From NCBI RefSeq assembly GCF_964355755.1, contig NC_092679.1:4308201-4372200 (forward strand): 64,000 bases of DNA, given 5' to 3'. Positions 25,225 to 64,000 of the stretch are shown in pieces. Position numbers and translations under genes: made by a program. Source of the stretch: Antedon mediterranea. Its lineage: Eukaryota; Animalia; Echinodermata. Within the stretch, counting starts at the first letter, position 1. Each line of letters opens with the position of its first letter. Below the pieces are notes generated by a model that worked only from the letters and a program-made list of their open reading frames with translations, did no database searches and was not told the origin of the DNA.

Positions 25225-26289
25225 GAGAAGATCTTGGCATGCTACAAAAACTGCAAAACAACGTCAATAAAAATCTAAAATATAACAAAAAACAATATCT
25301 TTAGCTTAGTCGAATACTTACCACAACCACACGTCAGTGACAGTCAAGCAGCTTAGTTAATATGCGTATTATCATTATTTATACTCAATACACTATTTAA
25401 GTTTACACATAAAATATTAGTTGTTGTTTATTATTGCAATCTTTAATCTATACTATCCACTTATTCTAACCATATGTATGTGTATGTGTATATGTATATA
25501 TTTTTTTTATTTACCGATATCGGTACTATAGAAATATAATTTTAAATAATTTTGATAAAGAAGATGTACTACAGTAGTTATGTTATTATACTGTAATTTT
25601 TATCCTCAATTATATAATTATATACTCCAGGTCTATTTTTATTTTTTTTAGTATTAATGTGTTTTGTTGTGGGTCCCTGAGAGACAAGTTTTTAACTTCT
25701 ACTAGCCTAGATAGAAGGGATCCATGATAATAATTACTACCAATTACTGTTTTATCTATGTTCACTTTAATATCTTTTTTCTATTTTGTATGTTCATTTT
25801 TTAATATCTGAATAAATGTTATCTGAATCTGGAATCTGAATCTAGCCTAGGCCTACACTACAGCTGCTACACAGAATGACTAATTTTAAGGTCTATCTAG
25901 CCTAGTAGGGCCTAAGCCTAAATGTAGACATTTTGGCTTTTGCCAACTCATCCCCTTTAAACTATTTATAGGCCTACCTCCCAATGCACTTCAACTGAAA
26001 TAGTCTAGGCCTAGGCCCTACCCATCAATTCACACAAAACAGTCGGCCTCACACATTCTCTCATCAGAGTGTAAGGAAAGAAAGCTGAGTGAGAGTGTGA
26101 GCAAGTAGCATGCATGCAGCATGTTTACAACAAATACATTATGTCTTAGTTGTTAGTTATTAGTTGTAGTAGGCCTAATCAAACACTATCTTCTAGGTCT
26201 AGCAGAGTAAATAACTCACCTACAAAATGTGACTGATCCAAAATGACTGCTAATTGCCTGTTTACTGTCAAAATAAGATTGTTTTGTTC

Positions 26290-26500
26290 AACTCACGTCT
26301 ATTGATGATCGACTTTTTGTATACAGCAGCAGAGTCAAGAGAGTGTATCATCTGTACGTGCTGTAACCATAACAACTATAAATACATCTATGACGTAATA
26401 TTCGACGTCCGGTGTGTGTGGTGTCAAAGTTGAAAGTTTGTGTTTTTTTTCGACGTACGTACGTACAAAAACCTGCTTCGCGCGCGTGTGCCAGCTCTGT
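26290..26500. promoter_or_regulatory. Putative bidirectional promoter of ZC2HC1C-like and MLH3
   Basis: CpG-rich stretch between divergent genes; X-box-like GTAACCATAACAAC at 26363-26376; TGACGTAA at 26391; outward-facing candidate donors (- strand 26296/26219, + strand ~26455). Confidence 0.6.
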
Positions 26501-26893
26501 TTCTCTCTCCCCCTCCCCCAATTGACAGGAGGCCTAGCTGCTAGGCATAGATCCTGCATATGCATATACAACTTGGTGTAGTAGGTAGAAAAATTATTAT
26601 TTAGTTAGGCTAGCCTAGGCATGATTAATTAGGCTAGGCAAGGCTTGATTGATAGGCAGACACCACTAAGCCAAGCAAGGAAGGGCCAGCAGGTCTAATC
26701 CTAGCCTAGATAGCGGATTGCCGGTCTCTCAGGGATAGCCAAATATTTAAATAGTAGTAGGCCTTACAGTAGTTATTTTTACTACTTCGAACTTTTTAAC
26801 TTAACATTTAGGAATAGGAGAACATCATGTTGGCCTAATAAAACAAAGGTTAGTTCTCGTTTATTTTATATTTTCAGTTAATAAACTCATGTC

Positions 26894-29800
26894 ATGGAAG
26901 TACCAGAAATTGAACACTTAAAAAAAGACATAACCAGTAGACTTCGATCTGGTATAGCTATTGATTCTGTAACCCAATGCATTGATGAACTTGTGACCAA
27001 CAGCATCGACGCCGGTGCCAGTTGTATTGCTGTCAGAATCAACATTGGGATTCTACGATTTCAAGTTGTTGATAATGGAAGTGGACTCACAGAAGATCAA
27101 CTTTCAACAATTTGTGAACGGTATCAGACAAGTAAATGCAATAAATTAAGTGACCTTGAAAGGTTAGAGAAATTTGGATTCCGAGGAGAAGCACTCGCCA
27201 GTCTAAGAGATCTCTCTAGCATATTGGAAATTGAATCCAGAACAAAAACATCTTCAAAAACATTTGTCAGAGTTTTTAGCGATTCAAATGATAAAGTTTT
27301 CCAAGGAAAAGAGAGAGCCAGTCAAGGAACAACAGTTACTGTTCATAGCCTCTTTCATAATCTCCCTGTTCGGCAGAAGAGGATTATAGACACTTTGGAA
27401 GTTGAGTCTATTCGTTATCGGCTTGCCGCTATTGCTTTGATTCATCCAAAGATATCATTCTCTCTTCGTGATGATTCTACCAACAGCGTGATTCTCCAGA
27501 CAAGAAGAACTGGTTCAACCAAAAGAAGTTTTGCTTCCATTTTTAGTGATAAAAAAGCAAACTGCCTCAAAGAAGTCAAATATTCAAGTGGAGACTTCAG
27601 CATTGAAGGTTTAATAGGTACTGAGGGACATCATAATAAAACCTTGCAGTTCATGTATGTGAATGGTCGACTAGTACTTAAGACAAGATTCCACAAGTTG
27701 GTGAACTCTTTGTTTGGTAAATCGCTCATTGCAGCAAAAAGATCATGGCAGATGTCCGATAAACTACCCCAAAGTAACACTAATAGTCCCGGTAGGACAT
27801 CTGATCAGTATGGAATCTTTGTACTAGACATTAATTGCCCATTGGCAGATTATGAAATTACCCTTGATCCACGAAAGACACTAGTAGAGTTCAAAGACTG
27901 GGAAATAGTCATTAAATGTTGCTCACAACTCATAAATGATTTCCTAATTAGAGAAAATCTAACAATGGCAATTGAAGGTGTTACAACAGATTCAAATAAA
28001 GCAGAAGAGGTTAAATCATCCCCAACCTCAAAATATGATTTACATAAAAACTTTGCTTATTGTAGTGGTGTTGAAAGATATGGAAAAGAGATTTCCACAT
28101 CTTCATGTGCAAGTACACTAGAGTCTTTGAAAGTAAAAAGACCTTCAACTTATCATGTACCGATAAGTGAACTAACAGATATTATAAATACCAAAGATTC
28201 ACCGTATAAGACTGATGAAACAGAAAATCAAGATAGTCAATTGGAGCATTGGAAAGATATAAGTTCCAAAAGTATTTCTGGCATCAATCCTATACCAGAT
28301 AGTGATTTAAATGTTGTGGAAGATCATAGAAATGTCCATTTTACACCAGTTAATGTACGCACATCATCTAAAGAGTTCTTTCAAACATCCTCAAGTCAAG
28401 CATCATCATCTGGAACTGAGACTGCAACAGAAACAATTCCATCGCCAGGCAATGATTCTTCACAAAATAGCTCTACTAGATACGACATTGATAGAACTAA
28501 AAAGGAGGAAAGAAGTGCATTGTCTTTGAGAGCAAATGGCAAACAGATGGTTAAAGAGCTTGAACTCCTTGAAGGTGATGGCCATCCTAGTGAATTGCCA
28601 GATTCTTGCTCTATTTCTAGTGTTGCTTCTGTTAGTTGCAATATATCACCATCTTTACCACCTGAAGCGCCATCAGCTAGTAAACAACATAACAGGAAAA
28701 CCTTTCAGCAGTTAAGTGGTAGATATCTTCTGGATGATCTTGATAAACTGGAAGGTGACAGTCAAAATAGCATAGAAGAAAAAATGAATTCTGACGAGCT
28801 AAGTTCCATAAAAGAAGTGCATAAGTCCCCAAAGCATATGATAACAAATTATACAAATTCTTTGCAGCTGTTTAAGCAGAATGCATGTTGTAATTTGTCT
28901 TCACAGCCGTTATTGACGCTTAAGCTAAAGCAACAGAAGAAAACAGACGGTACATGTGCTGAAACAGTTCTCCCAGAGAGGTTTCTTAAAAGAGGCTTTC
29001 ATGAAGAAGAAGAGGATTTTGTACATGACTCAAGGCCAACACAATTAGCTTTTGATAAGTTACTTATGATGAAGAAGTCATTAAAAACAAGGCATGATTC
29101 ACGAAAAGAAGATGAAAACAATTCAAAGCAAGTTATGTCATTAAGAAAACTTCAAGAATACAAAAGAAAAGTTCCTCATCAGTCAATTATTAAAAATCAT
29201 TCTTCATCCTATGACAGATCATCAGTGCAACAAAAATCAGTTCTTGTTAATAGTAACCAAGACAATGAAAATTCAAGATTTTTTACACCTTCACAATCTT
29301 TTAATTTCTGCGACAAGCCGATAGTTGAAAATGTGACTTCGACAAAATCGCTGCAGCTTTTACAGACAACTCATAATAGGCCATATCAAATCTCCAAAAA
29401 GGTACAGCATGGGAAGAGTAATGATGCTCAAAATAATAACAATGACTTTATGACTTCCTCACAGTTTATGAACACTGCGCACAAGTTAATTGGTAGAGAA
29501 AGAAATGATAAAAAAGAACCAGAATGCAATGATACTTTATTGATAGATAATGACAAACAACAAATGGAATCAGTTGAACCTATGGTACTTGAAGAGGAGA
29601 ACAGCAATGAATGCATTGTAACAAAGGATAGTCAACCACACTCTGACACTAACCAAGATTCTGAGCCATTTATAGGGCGTAGTCCAAAAGTTAGTTTTAA
29701 ATCTGGTTTACAAACGCAACAAAGTGTGACTATACCAACTAAAGATTTTGAAAAGACTTCAAACTTAAAATTGGTTGACAGAACTGAGGAACCGTTTTCC

Positions 29801-32800
29801 AGACCAGATGGTAAAGATTATATGCAACAAGACTTATCAGATAAAGATATTCAGATCATAGGTTCCACCAGCCCTATTTGTATTTCTGATAGTTCTGACT
29901 CCCCTGTTTATGTTACTGGTGATGATATGCTGGTGTGCAGATGGAACTCTGTTGATGAAAACCAGTCAGATGCTGTACATCTTGAGGTAGAAGATTTCTC
30001 TGCAAGTGGGAAGACTCTGTTAACTCCTGGAGAGAGTGACAACCAAAATGTAATTCAACATATTTCAGCATACAGCAAAGAAGAAGGTTCTCACTTGAAG
30101 AATTTTGATAATGAAAACATTATTAATGGAAAAGTTACTGCAGAAGCACAGTCTTCAAGCTCCACAATAACAACCGATACAAATATTGAGCAAGAGCTGA
30201 TCTTTGAGACTGAAACTGATCCAAATGCTTTTAATCCTGACAAAAGTAATACAACTAAAGAACCAGGTACAGAAAATAAATCAAGTGAAAGTGATCCTAT
30301 AGCATCTGCAGAGTCTTCAACCAGTGTTCATAATGTGGTTGAAGGCAACACTGGGTGGTTGTGTCACTTTGATCAAAGACTTGGAAAGAAAGTCTATGTT
30401 AATAAAACATCTGGTAACAGCCAATTCGTGGAACCTGTACAGGATGACCCAAGCTCCATAAAAGGTAAAATAATGTTGTTTCAAAAGAGAGTTCAAGTTA
30501 ATGTCAGTTCCAAGGTTTCCTTTGAAAAATCTTGTATGTGTATTGTATATTTTTCTAGATATGACAAAGGCACATCGTTTTCTAACCCACAATGCAACAC
30601 CTTTCCTTCCAAGAACCAAAAAACAGCGTCATACTTTTAACCCCCATGGCATCACTGCTGAAGACGAGGATGCTAAAAACACTACCAATACTGTTTTAGA
30701 GAATATGGTTGATGTGCATCTAAATGAACTAGAAGGAGATGTAGCATGCAAATGGAAGGATCCCGCAGATCTATCCATATCAGGTAAAAATCAATTGCAA
30801 GAGTTTTGAGTCGCGAATCTACAGCTCACTTTGTCGGTCGGTAAACACTAACTCAAATTTCAGCACGCGACTGGAGCCATGTATATGGCCATGTTTTTTC
30901 TTTTAGATTTTGTGTTATACAGTAGCATACAGTACATATGTTCAGCACTATATTTTTTAGTCGCGTGGACGCGACTCTATAGTTCACTATGTCGGTCGGT
31001 CGGTCTGTCTGTCGGTCCGATATCACTATGCGTTTTAGCACGCGACTTATGGCTGTTGGCCTTGTTTAATATGTTTTGTGTTTTATACTTTAGCAAGTAG
31101 CGATATGGGAAGGTTAATGACCAATTGCGACACTGGGTTAACTCATTTAGCTACAAAGGAAAAGGATGTTTTGAATATATGCATCGGCAATGCTAAAAGT
31201 ACAGCAGTCCGTGTCAACAGTGCAATGCATCAGTATAACTTCACTAAAGAGATGCTTTCTGATGTAGAGGTATGGCAACTTAGATATTTCTGTTAGTTCT
31301 TTTAAAACCAAATTATTAAATTATCTCAATACTTATTTTTTTACTTACTTAACTTTGATGTTGATATACTACAGTATAAATACTTTATAGTTTCTTTGTA
31401 AAGTATGATTGTGTAATATGCCTTTTTTATGTTTGATCATCATAGTGATGTTGATGACATTTTTACTACATTTTGGCATGCATGGCATGTCATACTAAAA
31501 TACTAAAAAAGCTTTAAAAAAAAACAATAACAAGAAACTATACAAGTTCCTTTTGTCTTGTGCTAGGTACTTGGACAACTGGATAATAAATTCATAGCAT
31601 GTCTTATGGCATCTCAAGGAACTTCTTGTAAGCCTAACCTCTTGGTATTGGTTGATCAACATGCTGCCCATGAACGAGTTCGATTAGAGAGATTGACCGC
31701 TGGTAGGTTATTAATACAGTCTCCCTTCAAGACCCACAATAAAAGCTACGTCCAATTATCCACCCCTAAATGAATGCCCAGCTCACTACATTTTGACTTC
31801 ACAGAACAAACACCTAAATGCTAGACATTTAAGGTATTTGTTCTAAAAATATAATAGTTTTTTGCTTTTTGTTAGATAATATCAAAAATGACAATGATGA
31901 ACAAATAGATGGACTGTCCAACACTAAACTAAAGTCGTCGTCGATTTGCCCACCCATCACCATACCATTGTCATCTGATGAGTTGCGATTGGTTCGTGGC
32001 TTTCGTGATAAGTTTACAGAAATCGGTCTACAACTGAAAAGCATTGATGAAGACTCGGTGCGGGTATCGAGCGTGCCAGCGTGTTTCGTTGAGCATGACG
32101 TAAGCGAAATGAGGCATGGACGCAAACCTGTCGCAGACACGGTTGTTGAAGTAAGTTTTTGGGTTATGTATTATTAGCCACAAATTGCATGGTTATATGA
32201 AAATGAACAGTAAAAACTATCTATCTAAAAACACCTTTATGGCACAAAAATACCTTGCTTATTGTCTATATCTAAATACTAATTTTTTGATCTTTACTTT
32301 TTTTAGACACTGATAAAGGAACAACTGACTTTATGGACCCAGACATTGGGCGCAGCGGGTACCTTGCCTAAAACAGTTACCAAGGTTCTAAATTCGCAAG
32401 CTTGCCATGGTAAAATTTCATTTGCACATATTTTGGTACTAGATAGTTGATTCAACACATGTGTATGTACAGTAACGTGTGTGTGTATTTACAGTATTAG
32501 AACGCATTGTGGGGAAATGCCTATATAAGGTGGAGGGGGAATTTTGTTAGGTCCCAAAAATGTCCCCTTAATAGGATATTAATATTTTTTTTATAATGGT
32601 TGCAATTAAATCCACTTTTGCAATCCCACCATTTTGATTAAATAGAATATTCAAAAAATAATCAAGCTTTATATCTATATTTTGTAGGGGCTATCAAATT
32701 TGGCGATGCCTTGACATTATCAGCATGCAAGAACCTGATAGGTGACCTCGCTCATTGTGATCTACCGTTTCAGTGTGCTCATGGTCGCCCTTCACTCATG

Positions 32801-33151
32801 CCTATCTTGGACTTTAACTTGATGAGATCAGTTTCAGATTCTGAGGTTTGTTGCATGATACAGTATTTTAAAGACTTTTATAGTATAGGGGTTTTACTCA
32901 TTTGGATGAGCCATAGATATACTAGTCTTATTGAACTCAATAACAAATGTTTGGTTTGTAGAGTGTCCAGTGGACTGCATTACAAACATATAATGATAAT
33001 CTTATAGAGGGGGCTGTTACATTTATCAATAGCTGCTACACTCTGCACAATATTTTTTTTACAGCCTCCAAGAAAACCGAGCCTTTGGAAATTGAATAGA
33101 ACATTACATTGTGAGAATGAAACATTAATAACTAATGATAAACCAGATTAA
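26894..33151 (+). CDS. MLH3: DNA mismatch repair protein MLH3, ~1576 aa
   Basis: Exons 26894-30464, 30559-30783, 31094-31269, 31567-31702, 31876-32150, 32307-32409, 32688-32845, 33065-33151, all GT-AG and in frame. GHKL ATPase motifs ([26 protein letters not shown]), endonuclease motif [36 protein letters not shown] at 33373. Confidence 0.96.
30804..31067 (+). mobile_element. Two miniature Helentron/DINE-1-like elements in an MLH3 intron (30804-30899 degenerate; 30953-31067)
   Basis: TTTTTAGTCGCGTGGACGCGACT 5' inverted pair, (GTCG/GTCT)n core, 3' CACGCGACT then a short GGC...GCC stem and T-run. Confidence 0.7.
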
Positions 33152-34779
33152 TATTGTGTGCACTGAACCATGAAGTTATATTGGTCCCTGGATGTGACTG
33201 GTGAACCATGAATACATGCAATTTATGGTCACTGGAGCTGAAAATGCAATGAGTGCAAAAATAATAACTTTGTTTTAATTTGAGTACTGTAGTTAGCTCA
33301 GTAAAAATGCAATAACAACGTGCAATTATATTATTCTTTATTGCCAAATGTATAAGAGGATCACTTATTTTCAATAAAAAATTACATAATTTTAATATTA
33401 CGTATGTTTTGTGTATAAATAGCGATTTATGATGCGCTATGCAGCTATTCAGTCATTATGTGCATGCTCATGTGATCCATCTCACATTTTTTATCCCTAC
33501 ACTACCCCCTAAAGTAGCAACTTCTATGACTCGCGTGTACATATACTATCAGAGATAGTTAGATTTTTTATATTACTTCTCGCGAATCCCAGGTTCCACC
33601 TACACCCCACTGTTAAAAAATTTATCATGTGAAAATTTGAATAAGAAACTACTTTTAGCCAGCCTGTCTCAAGTTTTTGCCTCGCTTTTTATTCTTCATA
33701 AAAACAAATTTAAATCAAGTTTGTTCAATAGATTGCGATCTAGTTTCCTTTTGACGATTTAGATAATAAATTGGTGATTGCTAATTGATAATGCTAATTT
33801 GCTTTACATAGTACAGTACTTCCTTCTGTTTTATGGCGACATAGTTGTTTGTTTTATCAAAAAAAATACCGGTTTCACTTATGAGAATATATCTGCTAAT
33901 AATATGTTTAAAAAAAAAATTAAGTACAGTATCTCAAGTACGGTACTTAATTTGTGGGTGCCTATACTTGCTAAAAATACAGGTCTGTGAAAAGGATTAG
34001 CCTAGGTTCAATATGAATAATTATAAAATAATTTTGGAATAAATTGAATGCGTTTTTTTACTCATAACAATCTTTATGCAAACATAGTGAGTTTTCTTGT
34101 TATTGTAACTATATAAAAATCAAATTTCTTTTTGAACAACCAAAATGACGATGAAACGCCAGTTGAGAATGAAACCTGATAGGTTTCGAAACGTACTGTA
34201 AGTTCGCTTATACTATTTTTGGTGGTTCAAAAAGAAATTTTATGTAGTAATACCTATTCCACAACCAGATGAAATTCTTCCAACATATAAAAATCAAGTT
34301 TTGTATCTTATTGAGGGCGCACTTTATGGTTTGTATTATTTTCTCTCTGTATTTACAATTTTTGACCAACAACTGGGACCAGCATTGTTTTTTGGGCATG
34401 GATGATATGCATGGTTAATGTTTGTTTAGATACGGAATATCTTTATTAATAGATTATTAAAAGGTAACATTATACCTGGAGAAGACTACGGGGTCTATTT
34501 GACGTGGGATTTTATTTAACTGGAACCAGCAATTTCTATCTAGATCACCGTCCTCTCTCTACTACCACTTCCGCGGTGGTACACAACAGAGAACCACCCC
34601 AGCCCAGCACACTGACAAGACAAGGCCACCGGAGGTGGTTTCGATTTCCTTATCCGCCACACATCAAAGGACGGTTCGTACGGTCGTCTGCTGCTTTAAC
34701 TACGAACCTCCTACAATAACAAGCATCTATTCTCGCTTTTTCAAAGAATTTGGTATGAAATCATAGCTCCATATTCATT

Positions 34780-63827
<29,048 letters not shown>

Positions 63828-64000
63828 GTAAGAGATTTTTTACCCAAATCAGAAAGAGAACAAACATGTTAATATCTTGACCTTACCATTTTTCAAAAAA
63901 GGAAATAATTTCATATTTTTCTCCACTGTGTAATTGTTTATGCCATGATTTTTAAACTATTGATATTATGCATTCATAAAACACATTACACACTCTTTAA

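Noticed and set aside
30465-30640. C-terminal tail of the 1248-aa MLH3 ORF
   Set aside because: Runs through a 94-bp intron; the real frame resumes at 30559.

Overview
AT-rich, intron-rich animal genomic DNA, probably a marine invertebrate deuterostome such as an echinoderm (inferred from gene structure and repeat families, not proven). Gene order: (1) the last five exons of PARP1 (+), with one GC-AG intron and a 7.5-kb U12-type intron splitting the catalytic Glu codon; (2) an uncharacterised 340-aa single-coding-exon gene (+); (3) a ZC2HC1C-like zinc-finger gene (-), head-to-head with (4) MLH3 (+, 8 coding exons, ~1576 aa); (5) the 5' part of an Enabled/VASP gene (+). The best candidate for something undescribed is in the Ena gene. 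Its 22.6-kb first intron holds four more ATG-initiated exons, each ending at a phase-2 GT donor that can splice in frame onto the EVH1 exon, giving five alternative N-termini. A candidate internal first exon would give an EVH1-less isoform. Non-coding DNA is packed with PIF/Harbinger-type MITEs (some nested), a Harbinger relic, Helentron-type elements, tRNA-derived SINEs, minisatellites and a microhomology-bordered copy of part of the ZC2HC1C exon. No prokaryotic system, CRISPR array, rRNA or intact tRNA gene was seen. All splice models were read by eye and need transcript confirmation.
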